From an uncultured delta proteobacterium (lineage in GTDB: Bacteria; Myxococcota; Myxococcia; Myxococcales; Myxococcaceae): a stretch of DNA of 64,000 bases. Where the stretch lies: contig CAVYSY010000006.1 of the NCBI GenBank assembly GCA_963771175.1, positions 107,103-171,102 on the forward strand. The letters are read 5' to 3'. Both the position numbers and the translations under genes were made by a program. Below the pieces are notes generated by a model. The model did not search any database and was not told the origin of the DNA. It worked only from the letters and a program-made list of their open reading frames with translations. Below are positions 23,399-32,778 of the stretch, in pieces; position 1 is the stretch's first letter, and each line of letters begins with the position of its first letter.

Positions 23399-23928
23399 CT
23401 ACCCCAGCGTCGCGCTGCGTCTGCCCGGCCTCGGCCAGCGCCTTGGACGGCGGCGCGGCCGCGCGGCAGCTTCAGGTCCTCCACGCTGTTGGGCTGCGGC
23501 GTAGTCCTTCCACGCGGCCGGGCGGCGGTCCGTCTTCTCCAGCATGCGCAGCTTCTGGTAGTGCGCCGCGCAGTAGCCCTTGGTGCGGCTGGGCTTGCCG
23601 CAGTCCATGATGGCGCACTCGCGCGCCCCGCCCTCGGCCGCCGGCTTGCGGCCGCGCCGCTTGCCACCCGCCGCCGCCGCGGGAGCCGGAGCCGCGGCCG
23701 CGGGCCGGACGGCCCGGGCCCCGCCGGACCGGCGCGCGCCGCCGCGCACGCGCCGACCGGCGCCCGCCGAACGCATCGGCCAGCGGCGCCAGCCGCTCCG
23801 CCACGTTGCGCAGGCTGTCGAGGTCCGCCGTGCCCGCCTCCAGGCGCGACACCACGTCGCGCAGCGGCTTGAGCTGCGACCTCGATTTCGTTGCGAATCA
23901 TCTCACGAAACGCTTTGTCCACGGACAT
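23399..23928 (-). CDS. vegA: Vegetative protein VegA orthologue (frameshifted)
   Basis: [17 protein letters not shown]...[21 protein letters not shown]...[24 protein letters not shown] matches Myxococcus VegA as I recall it. Confidence 0.8.
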
Positions 23929-24191
23929 GCTCGTCATCCTCTCTGCCGTCAGCGCTCCGAAGGGGCCGTCCCGCTCCGGGACGGAGCATCTGAAGGGTTG
24001 GGCAGATGGGGCTGCTTACAAGCACAGGCCCTCCATAACTCCACAGATACACGACTTGTCGATGAAAATTAATAAAAGGATGCGTACTACGCAGCCTTGG
24101 TCGAGCGGCCCCACCTATGGACATGGCGTTCAGCGCGCGGAGCCCCCCGCGCATTTCCAACGACAAAGCCTCGCGGGTGCGCCGCCAGCGC

Positions 24192-24588
24192 CTACGAGGT
24201 CCAGGGCCTCCTGCTCATCCAGCGCGGCGGCCGAGGCGGGGGAAGACGTGCACCTCCACGCCCTGCACGTGCGCCACCACCACGTCCTCCAGCGCCATGA
24301 GCCGCGCGAGCCACTCCAGGCTCCCGCCGGGGAGCAGCTCCAGCTCGGCCATCAGCTCGCGCATGGCGAGGTGGTCCTCGGCCTCCTGCAGGGCCCGCGC
24401 GCGCCCCTCCACCCGCACGACCAGCGGGTAGCAGGTGACGCTCCTCGCAGCCGCGCGTGCAGCCGCAGCGCCTCGAGCAGCTCCCGCTACCCGCTCCGCC
24501 AACGGCGCCGTGCCCTGCACCGCCTCCAGCGACTCGAAGCACTCCTCCAGCTCCCGTTGCTTCCCGACAGGATGTCGAATGGCCCCAT
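24192..24588 (-). CDS. Small helical hemerythrin-like protein (frameshifted)
   Basis: Spaced H/E pattern (YPL...EDH...AHVQGVEVHVFP). Confidence 0.5.
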
Positions 24589-24791
24589 GGCCCCTCAACC
24601 ATCGGCACCCCACCCGGGGCGGACAACCACCAGGCGGGGCCACCTCCAGCGCGCCGCGCTCCCCCGCCTCCCTGGCAGGCGTTGAACGGGCAAGGCCATA
24701 CAACTCTCTCGGTTGACGAGAAGGTGGCGGGCAGGCGAGCGGGCGCGGGTGTGTCATCCGAGCGGGGCATCGCCATCTTCAGACCCCGTGG

Positions 24792-25516
24792 ATGCCTGCC
24801 CAGAGCCTCGCGCAACGCGCCGTGTTCCGCTTCGCCGAGACGGGCGCGGCGCTCTCCGCCCGCTACCACCGCGCCCGGCTGCTGGGCGCCGAGCACCTGC
24901 CCGCCCGACGGGCCGGTGCTGCTGGTGGGCAACCACGGCCTGTGGGGTTACGAGACGCCCGCCTTCTTCCACCTGATACACCGGGCCACCGGCCGCTACC
25001 CGCTGGGGCTCGCCGAGCGCGGCTTCTTCCGCATCCCGCTGGTGCGCACGGTGCTGCCGTGGCTGGGCGGGCGTGGAGGGCACGCGGGAGAACGCGTTGG
25101 CACCGCTGAGGCAGGGACACCTCGTCGTCTGCTACCCGGGCGGCGCGCGGGAGACCTTCAAGAAGCCCGCAGCACCACTACACGCTGCGCTGGGAGAGGA
25201 CGCTGGGCTTCGTGCGGCTCGCCGCCGCAGGCCGGCGTGCCGATCGTCCCCTTCGCGGGCTTCGGCGTGGACGACACCTTCCTCTGCCCCGGGCGACGAG
25301 CGGCTGTGCGTGCCGCTCGCGCCCGGGGAGAAGTACCGGATGCCGCTGGTGCATCGGCCTGGGTCCGCTGCCCCTGCCGGTGCAGCTCACCTTCGCGGTG
25401 GGCGAGCCACTGCAGCCGCCCCCCGCGGACGCCCCCGAGTCCCGACTGCCATCACTTCCGCGACCGCGTGGCCGCACACCGTGCGGCGCCTGCTCGACCG
25501 AGCCTGCCATGCTTGA
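24792..25516 (+). CDS. Lysophospholipid/diacylglycerol acyltransferase (frameshifted)
   Basis: GPVLLVGNH, YPGGARE, GVPIVPF. Confidence 0.8.
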
Positions 25517-26402
25517 GGATACCCTTCCCGCCATGCGCCCCCCTTCCGCCAGGCACCGGCTCGTCCCCGCGCCCGAGGACATCCAGCAGGGCTACGAGCT
25601 GCCCTGCGAGCAGCGGCTGGTGCGCGGGGCCGCACGGTGCGCCTCTTCACCTTCCCGGATGGCAGCCAGGACGCAGGCGCGCACCGTGCTGTGCCTGCCG
25701 GGACTGGGCGCCTCGGGCCGCTCGTTCGCGCCCATGCGCCGCTGGCGCCCGAATGCGCGCTTCCTCCTGTGGACGCCGCCGCTGCGCACGCCCATGACGC
25801 ACACGCCGCTCCAGTGGAACCTCGCCGTCGCTGGCGGCACCCGGAGGCGCGGCTGCCCGAGCGCTTCGCGCTGGTGGGCTCCTCCTTCGGCAGCCTGGTG
25901 TCGCTCGCCTTCGCGCTGGCGCACCCCGAGCGGGTGAAGGCGCTGGTGCTGGTGTCACCGGTGGCCAGCGTGCACCGCGTGCGGCGCTGGGCGCTGGCGC
26001 CTGTCCACGCTGGTGCGCATGCCCAAGCCCCTCGCCTACCTGTTCGCCCCCACGGTGGCGCGGCGTGCTGGGCGGGCGCGCACCTGCCGCCCGAGGGCCG
26101 CGCGGAAATCGTCCGCGAGGCGCGCCGGCTCTCCCCGCTGGAGCTGCTGCGGCGGCTGCGAGGACATGCTCGCGCGCGGACTACCTGGAGGACCTCGAGC
26201 AGCCTGCGCGTGCCCACGCTCATCCTCCAGGGCGCCCGGGACCTGCTGGTGCCGCTGTCGGCACGCGCGGGACGTGGCCGCGCGGATTCCGGGCGCGCGC
26301 CTGGAGGTGCTCCGCGAGGCGAGCCACCTGCCGTACATGAGCCACCCGCAGGCCTTCAATGCCTTCGTGGACGACTTCCTCTCCCGACACGCCTCGGGCT
26401 AG
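25509..26402 (+). CDS. Alpha/beta hydrolase (frameshifted)
   Basis: LPGLGASG, GSSFG nucleophile elbow, QGARDLLV, SHLPY. Confidence 0.8.
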
Positions 26403-26797
26403 GGCCGCAGCGCCTTCTTCACCGCTCCGGCGACGCGGAGGACGAGCTCCAGCCCCGAGTGGGCGAGCACCCAGAAGGTGGTCGTCGCGACCTTGAGCCG
26501 CACCTTCCACTTCGGCGCGCCCTCGCGGACCAGCTTGTGCATGTGCTCGAGCGCGTCACCCACCTGCTCGTTGGAGATCCGCGCGGGCACGTACGTGCAG
26601 AGCACGTCGAAGGTGCGCTGCGCGCGAACGATGACCGAGGGTGGCTCGGGAGGAGGAATCGGGGGACGGCTCTTCTGGACGGGAACGAGCGCCTCGGTGA
26701 ACACGGAGCGGCGCGAGCTCGTCAACCCATCCTCGTAGTCCCCATCCAGGGAGAACGCATCCAACACGGGCAACTTCGGGCGATGGTCATCATCCAT
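26399..26797 (-). CDS. Hypothetical protein abutting PadR
   Basis: ATG immediately follows the PadR stop codon. Confidence 0.55.
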   Translation of the reverse strand: MDDDHRPKLPVLDAFSLDGDYEDGLTSSRRSVFTEALVPVQKSRPPIPPPEPPSVIVRAQRTFDVLCTYVPARISNEQVGDALEHMHKLVREGAPKWKVRLKVATTTFWVLAHSGLELVLRVAGAVKKALRP

Positions 26798-27109
26798 TCA
26801 GATTGCCTCCGCGGGTTGCAACAGGTTGAGCAAGGCCGTCCGCTGTTCCCTGGCCACACGCCGCCCTTCCCCCGTCAGCTCGTAGTACCGCCTGGGTCGC
26901 CCCCCTCGCTCGGGAAGGGGCTCGCCGTCGTAGCTGCGCAGGAACCCGTCCCGCTCCAGCGCCTTGAGCGCCGGATACACCGACCCCTCGTTCAGGAGAA
27001 TCTTCCCCTGCGTCCTCTCCCGGACCCGCTCGATGATCTCCAGCCCGAACCCCCTCCCCCCGATCAGCGACATCAGGATGGCTGTCCTAGCGGAAATCGG
27101 AGTGTCCAT
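26798..27109 (-). CDS. PadR-family transcriptional regulator
   Basis: GFGLEII, EGSVYPALKALERDG, RRYYELTGEG. Confidence 0.9.
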   Translation of the reverse strand: MDTPISARTAILMSLIGGRGFGLEIIERVRERTQGKILLNEGSVYPALKALERDGFLRSYDGEPLPERGGRPRRYYELTGEGRRVAREQRTALLNLLQPAEAI

Positions 27110-27177
27110 GGACCGCAAGGGTAACCGGAAAAACGTGGAGCGCAACCTAGAAACTTGAGGTTGCTCCCCTTGAAGGC

Positions 27178-27489
27178 TCAAGCCGAGAGCGCGAGGCGCG
27201 AGCACGGCCGGAGGGACTCCTCCTCCCGGGGAGGATTGGGGGGGCGAGGCCCGCGGGGGCTCGCGGGCAGCCGACTCGGAACCAGCACGGCCCGGCGCGA
27301 CGAGGTGATTCCGTCCTCCAGGTCGTCCCACAGGTCCGCGCCAGGCCCTCCCGGCGGGAGCTTCTCGGCCCATGGGCTCTTCGGCGTCATCTCAACCACC
27401 TGAACACCTCCCTGGGCTGCGGCGTTGATGGCCAACACCGTATCCTCAAGCCTTGAGGATTGCATTTTTCCACTCGTGCTGTCCTTCAT
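27178..27489 (-). CDS. Hypothetical protein sharing an EDG(I/L)TSSRR motif with 26399-26797
   Basis: SD-like GGAAGG upstream; shared motif. Confidence 0.4.
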   Translation of the reverse strand: MKDSTSGKMQSSRLEDTVLAINAAAQGGVQVVEMTPKSPWAEKLPPGGPGADLWDDLEDGITSSRRAVLVPSRLPASPRGPRPPNPPREEESLRPCSRLALSA

Positions 27490-27697
27490 CGGCCTTCCCC
27501 CTTGCGGTGTATACGGACCAGTGGCGCTGAACGGTTTTTCCTATTCAGAATCCAACACGTCCCGGCGAGTCCTGGCCGAGCCGAGGAGTCCTCGGGGCCG
27601 GCAAGGACGGTTGAAGACCAGACAACCTGACCGGAGCGCCCGCCCCCTCCCGAGGCTTGTCGCCGCCCCCGAATGGGGATACCCCTGACGCCCGCCC

Positions 27698-28033
27698 ATG
27701 CACCGCGCCCCGCCCATGCTGCTCGCGCTCGCCCTCGTCCTGCTGCTGGGCGGGACAGGGGCGCTCGTGCCGCGGGGCGACTGCGAGGAAGCCTGCGCGG
27801 ATTGCCGTGAAGACACCGGAACCACGCAGGAGGGTGTACCCGATGGGGGTGACACCTCCTGCGCTCCCTCGTGCCTGACCTGCCCCTGTGGCCGCATGGT
27901 GTCCCCCCTGCTCGTGGAAGCGCCCTCGCTCCCCCTGGTCCTGCCTCGACTCGTGCGCGGCGGGTGGACGGAACCCTTGCCTCCACCCGCCAATCCCCAC
28001 GCGCGAGCTGTATTTCAGCCTCCCCGAGGCTGA
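27698..28033 (+). CDS. Cys-rich leader-type small protein (DUF2946-like)
   Basis: Signal-like N-terminus, CEEACADC and CAPSCLTCPC, Pro-rich tail ending FQPPRG. Confidence 0.6.
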   Translation: MHRAPPMLLALALVLLLGGTGALVPRGDCEEACADCREDTGTTQEGVPDGGDTSCAPSCLTCPCGRMVSPLLVEAPSLPLVLPRLVRGGWTEPLPPPANPHARAVFQPPRG

Positions 28034-28146
28034 CTTTCAAGATTCCGACTCATCTGGTTTTGCGGACTTTGAACTCCACGGATGTTTCCAGTGGGTTCGT
28101 CCCTCTCCCCCTTTTCTTTCGCCAGGGCGCGAGCCCTCGCGGAGGG

Positions 28147-28785
28147 ATGACCATGCGTTTGATGAAGACCCTGAGCCTCCTGGGTGGCCTCGCCGCCGCC
28201 GGGTGTGCCAGCACCTCGCCCCACGGCAACCTCAGCGCCCTCAGCGTCGCCTCCTCCCAGGACGCGGCCTTCTGCCAGCACCGCGTCCCCCAGGAGAACT
28301 GCACCCGCTGCCACCCCGAGCTCGTCCCCCGCTTCCAGGCCGCGAGGGACTGGTGCGGCGAGCACGGCGTGCCCGAGTCCCAGTGCTTCACCTGCCACCC
28401 GGACCTCTCCTTCGAGCCGCTCCCCGCGCTCGCCCCCGACGCGGACTTGAAGAAGCTCTCCCAGGAAGGAGAGGACGTCCCCGAGCTCGCCCCCCACGCC
28501 GTCCCCGGCAAGGTGACCGTCTTCGACTTCTACGCGGACTGGTGCCCGCCCTGCCGCAAGGTGGATGCCCACATGTTCGGCCTGCTCAACACACGCGGGG
28601 ACATCGCCTACCGCAAGCTCAACGTCGTCTCGTGGGACTCGCCGCTGGCCAGGCGCCACCTCGGGCAGGTGGAGAACCTGCCCTACCTCATCATCTATGG
28701 GAGGGACGGGAAGCTCGTGCGCGCCATCAACGGCTTCGACCTGGGCGCGCTGGATGCGGCCATCACCGAGGGGAGCGCGCGATGA
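28147..28785 (+). CDS. Lipoprotein with two CxxCH motifs and a thioredoxin domain
   Basis: Lipobox AAGC; CTRCH and CFTCH; FDFYADWCPPC. Confidence 0.8.
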   Translation: MTMRLMKTLSLLGGLAAAGCASTSPHGNLSALSVASSQDAAFCQHRVPQENCTRCHPELVPRFQAARDWCGEHGVPESQCFTCHPDLSFEPLPALAPDADLKKLSQEGEDVPELAPHAVPGKVTVFDFYADWCPPCRKVDAHMFGLLNTRGDIAYRKLNVVSWDSPLARRHLGQVENLPYLIIYGRDGKLVRAINGFDLGALDAAITEGSAR

Positions 28786-29795
28786 GATGGGTGGCCGTGG
28801 CCGTGGGGCTGCTCGGGCTCGCCATTCCCAACCGCGCCGCCGCCTGCGCGGGTTGAAGCAATCCCAACCTCCCGGTCGGGAGGGACACCGTTTCCATGCT
28901 ACGCGCCGGAGAGACCGGCGTGTCCCTGTCCACCCTCGTCACCGACGTGCGCGTGGTGCACCCGTCCGCATGCCCGGACATCGGCCCCATCTGCCAGGTG
29001 CGCGACGAGCCCCCGCAGCTCCATGACCAGCGCTTCACCATCGCCGAGCTGCGCGCCACCCTGGAGCACGCCCTCACCGATACCTTCGGTCTAGAGGTAC
29101 AGCTGCCCCTGCGCAGCCAGCGCACCACCGTGCGCTTCACCGCGTTGGATGGCACGCCCCTGGCGCTCGACTACGAGAACATCCACCACCGGAACGAGAC
29201 GCTCTTCGGCCTTGGAGACCCGTGGGTGCTGGGGCGCTACGCGGGGCGGCTCGGTGGCGTGGGGCTGGCGGCCCGGGCGGGCTTCACCGTGCCGCTCGGG
29301 AGCACCGTGGAGGACCCCTTCGCCCTCGGCGCCGCCGGACTCCCCCACCAGCACGTGCAGTTCGGCACCGGCACCGTGCAACCCCTGCTCGGGCTGGAGG
29401 CCTCGCGCACCTGGGGGAAGTGGGGCGCCCGCGCCTGGGGCCAGGCCCAGCTCTCACTCGTGGAGAACCGCTTCGGCTATCGCGCCGGCCACCGCTTCGC
29501 CGCGGGCCTCGCCGCCGAGGGTCCCCTCGTGGGCGCCCTGCGCTTCTCCGTGGGCGCGGACGTCGCCAACGAGCAGCCCGAGCGCTGGAGCGGGCTCGTC
29601 CAGCAGGATGGCAACCTCGGCCGCACCGACGTGCTCGCGGGGACGGGGCTGGCATACCCGCTCGGACCCGTGCGGCTCGGGCTCCACCTGCGCGTGCCCG
29701 TGTACCAGCGCATCATCGGACACCACGGGCAGCTCACCTACCCGGGCATCCTCCAGCTCAACGCGGGCACCACCTTCGGCGGCACGCGACGCTGA
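28782..29795 (+). CDS. Putative selenoprotein: signal peptide, CxxU, outer-membrane beta-barrel/transporter-like body
   Basis: ATG 28782 overlaps the upstream stop; in-frame TGA 28854-28856 after C-A-G; the same frame stays open to 29795; GLGDP and QFGTGT motifs plus amphipathic strands. Confidence 0.7.
28868..28883 (+). promoter_or_regulatory. Bacterial SECIS-like hairpin
   Basis: CCUCCC-GGUC-GGGAGG, with 17 nt between the UGA and the loop. Confidence 0.65.
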
Positions 29796-29970
29796 GGCCC
29801 TCCACGGCGCGCACCGGGGAAGGTCCCAGCAGACCAGCCTTCTCCGGGGCCCTCACCCACCGAGGGCCCATCGAAACGCCCTCGCGCCCGTCACCCCTGG
29901 CTTGCGAGCGCCGCGGGCCCCGCTCCACCTTCGCGGGAGGGAAGTCGTCCCGGAGTCGGAGGAGGCAACC

Positions 29971-30360
29971 ATGTGGGCTCGCGCGTCGAACATCGTCCTG
30001 GGCATCTGGCTCATCTTCGCCCCCCTCGTGCTCGGGTATGACGCGCCGGCGGCCCGGTCCAACGACATCGTCGTGGGCCTCTTCCTGGCCACGTTCGCCC
30101 TCGTCGGCGCCATCGTGGGCAAGACGCGCTATCTCATCGTGCTCGCCATCTGGCTCATCGTGGCGCCCTTCGCCCTCGGGTACGGGAACGAGCTCGCCCC
30201 CGTCCTCAATGACGTCCTCGTGGGCATCGCCTCGCTCGGCCTGTCCCTCGTGCCCCCGCACCGGCGCGAGCGGGTGACCGCGCTCCAGCGGGAACCCGCG
30301 AGCACCGAGGAGAGGTGGGGGCGGCTGGGCGTGTCGCGGCGGACCCCCACGGGGGCGTAG
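29971..30360 (+). CDS. SPW-repeat membrane protein
   Basis: LGIWLIFAPLVLGY, WLIVAPFALGY, NDxxVG repeats. Confidence 0.8.
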   Translation: MWARASNIVLGIWLIFAPLVLGYDAPAARSNDIVVGLFLATFALVGAIVGKTRYLIVLAIWLIVAPFALGYGNELAPVLNDVLVGIASLGLSLVPPHRRERVTALQREPASTEERWGRLGVSRRTPTGA

Positions 30361-30377
30361 CTCCCGGGCGAGCGGGT

Positions 30378-31784
30378 TCACTGCCGCCGGGCATCGTGGC
30401 CCAGCTCGCGGGCCGAGTCCTCCACGGGGTCCGGGCGCTTGTCGCGCATCGTCACGAACTCCTCGGCCGCGGTGGGATGGATGCCCACCGTCGAATCGAG
30501 CTGCTTCTTGGTGACGCCACACTTCAGCGCCACCGACAGGCCCTGGATGATTTCGGGCGCGTCCGCCCCCACCATGTGGAAGCCCAGCACCCGGCCGCTC
30601 TCGCGCTCCGCAATCACCTTCATCATCGTGCGCTCGTCCCGCCCGCTCAGCGTGTGCTTCATGGGCCGGAAGTTGGACACGTATACGTCCACGTTGCCGT
30701 AACGCTCGCGCGCCTCGGACTCGGTGCACCCCACCGTCCCCACCGGTGGCTGGCTGAACACCGCCGAGGCCACCCCCGTGTGGTCCATCTTCGTGGGGTT
30801 GTCGTGGAAGAGGGTCTCCGCCAGGGCCCGCCCCTCGGCGATGGCCACGGGCGTGAGGTTGATGCGGTCCGTCACGTCCCCCACCGCGTAGAGGCTCTCC
30901 ACGCTGGAGCGAGACCACTCGTCCACCTCCACCGCGCCGCGCTCGTCCAGCCGGACGCCCACCGCCTCCAGCCCGAGCCCCCGCGTGTTGGGTACCCGCC
31001 CCGTGGCGTACAGCACCACGTCCACCTCGAGCGTGTCGCCCATGCGCGTCAGCAGGCTCAGCGTGCCGTCCGGGCGCTTCTCGATGTCTCGGATGAAGGT
31101 CTCCGGCCGCAGGTCGATGCCCTTCTTGCGCAACTCCTGGGTGAGCATCGCGCGGATGTCCTCATCGAAGCCGCGCAACACCGTGTCGCCGCGGAGGAGC
31201 ATCGTCACCTTCGAGCCCAACGCGTTGAAGATGCCCGCGAACTCCACCCCGATGTAGCCCCCTCCCACGATGGCCACCCGGCGCGGCAGCTCCGGCAGGT
31301 CGAGCGCCCCGTCCGAGGAGATGGCGTGCTCGATGCCCGGTATCTCGGGGAAGAACGGACGCGAGCCCGTGGCCACCAGGATGCGCTCCGTCGTGTAGCG
31401 CTGGCCGCCCACCTCCACCGTGTGCGCGTCGACGATGCGACCCCGGCCTTCAATCAGCTGCACCCCCGTGTCCCGCAGCAGGCGCCTGTACACGCCATCG
31501 AGCCGCGCCAGCTCCTTGTCCTTCGCCGCCTGGAGCTTCTTCCAGTCGAACGTCGGCTCCGGCACCGACCAGCCGTAGCCCGCCGCATCCTCGAAGTCCG
31601 CGTGGAAGTGGGCGCCGTAGACGAGCAGCTTCTTGGGCACGCACCCCCGGTGCACGCAGGTGCCACCAATGCGGTTGTCCTCGCAGATGGCCACGCGCGC
31701 GCCGTACGAGCCCGCGCGGCGGCTCGAGGCCACACCGCCCGAGCCCGCGCCAATGGTGAACAGGTCGAAATCGTATGGGGGCAT
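30378..31784 (-). CDS. gor: Glutathione-disulfide reductase
   Basis: IGAGSGG, GGTCVHRGCVPKK, GGGYIGVEF, GIHPTAAEE. Confidence 0.92.
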   Translation of the reverse strand: MPPYDFDLFTIGAGSGGVASSRRAGSYGARVAICEDNRIGGTCVHRGCVPKKLLVYGAHFHADFEDAAGYGWSVPEPTFDWKKLQAAKDKELARLDGVYRRLLRDTGVQLIEGRGRIVDAHTVEVGGQRYTTERILVATGSRPFFPEIPGIEHAISSDGALDLPELPRRVAIVGGGYIGVEFAGIFNALGSKVTMLLRGDTVLRGFDEDIRAMLTQELRKKGIDLRPETFIRDIEKRPDGTLSLLTRMGDTLEVDVVLYATGRVPNTRGLGLEAVGVRLDERGAVEVDEWSRSSVESLYAVGDVTDRINLTPVAIAEGRALAETLFHDNPTKMDHTGVASAVFSQPPVGTVGCTESEARERYGNVDVYVSNFRPMKHTLSGRDERTMMKVIAERESGRVLGFHMVGADAPEIIQGLSVALKCGVTKKQLDSTVGIHPTAAEEFVTMRDKRPDPVEDSARELGHDARRQ

Positions 31785-31984
31785 GAGATGGGTTTTCCCA
31801 GAACGTCGGAGTCAGACGGCAACCTCAAAATAGGAAGCCGCCCCTGCAATCGAGTGGGAGGGCTCCCGCGATACGACGGATGCGCAACACTCCACCACGT
31901 TCCCGTCCCATGCTCCGAGCATGATCGGACTCAACCTCCGAAGAGAGCCCGTGCAGGACGGGGCCGCCGGGCGCGCGCTCCCGC

Positions 31985-32126
31985 AACGGGTCCGCGGGTC
32001 GGACCCGTTCGTGAAGAGCGCGACCGGGAGGCAGGGGACCGCAGCGCACAGGAGGACCCTCCGGGCTCGGTCCGGAGAAACCTGTCCGACTGTCGGACAG
32101 GTTTTTCAAGAGCGCGACCGGGAGGC
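31985..32126. repeat. Hairpin, 27-bp palindrome and 19-bp direct repeats
   Basis: AACGGGTCCG/CGGACCCGTT; AAACCTGTCCGAC-T-GTCGGACAGGTTT at 32078-32104; AAGAGCGCGACCGGGAGGC at 32014 and 32108. Confidence 0.75.
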
Positions 32127-32345
32127 CGGCGGGTCCTCGCCCGGGTCCACCGCCTTGGTGCCCTCGGCGCCCTTCAGGCTCCCGGCCACCTCCCGCAGCG
32201 CCTCGTCCTGCAGGGCCTCCACTGGCGGGCGGGGAGTCCCCTGGTGGGTCGCCTGCCGGGAGGCGTGGGGCCCGCGCTTGCGCCCACCGAGTCCCCCACC
32301 CCACCTTGAACTCGTGAACGAAACAAGCGTCCGGAGGAGCGGCCT

Positions 32346-32681
32346 ATGTGGGCTCGCTGGTTGAACGTCATCCTCGGCTTCTGGTTGGTGTCCGCGCCCT
32401 TCGTGCTCGATTACCGCATCAACCAGGCCCAGTTGAATGACCTGTGTGTGGGGCTCGGCATCATCCTGTTCGAGCTGGGCACCATCGCCGTCCGGAAGCT
32501 GCGCTACGCGAATACCCTGCTCGCGGTGTGGCTCATCGTGTCCCCCTTCGTCTTGGGTTACGGCGGCTACCGCACCGCCACCCGCAACGACATCATCGTG
32601 GGCCTGCTCGTCGGCGCCCTCTCGCTCGTCTGGGATCACCGCGCGTGGACGCCCCACCGCAGGCCCCTCGCCGAGATGTAG
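32346..32681 (+). CDS. SPW-repeat membrane protein
   Basis: MWARWLNVILGFWL...SAPFVL, WLIVSPFVLGY; paralog of 29971. Confidence 0.8.
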   Translation: MWARWLNVILGFWLVSAPFVLDYRINQAQLNDLCVGLGIILFELGTIAVRKLRYANTLLAVWLIVSPFVLGYGGYRTATRNDIIVGLLVGALSLVWDHRAWTPHRRPLAEM

Positions 32682-32778
32682 CGCATCGTCCGTTGTCTGA
32701 CGCCCGCGCACCGAGCATCGGCGCCCGGCACCCGCGTGGGTGTACTGCAAGGGGCTCCAACCCAGAAGGAGGCCCCTC

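Noticed and set aside
21328..23937. 869-aa ORF
   Set aside because: It is a chimera of vegA, kynA and hypothetical fragments produced by indels and the scarcity of stops at high GC.
28896..29795. ORF-track start at 28896 as the true gene start
   Set aside because: It lacks a signal peptide, whereas the in-frame upstream segment supplies one together with the CxxU motif and the hairpin.
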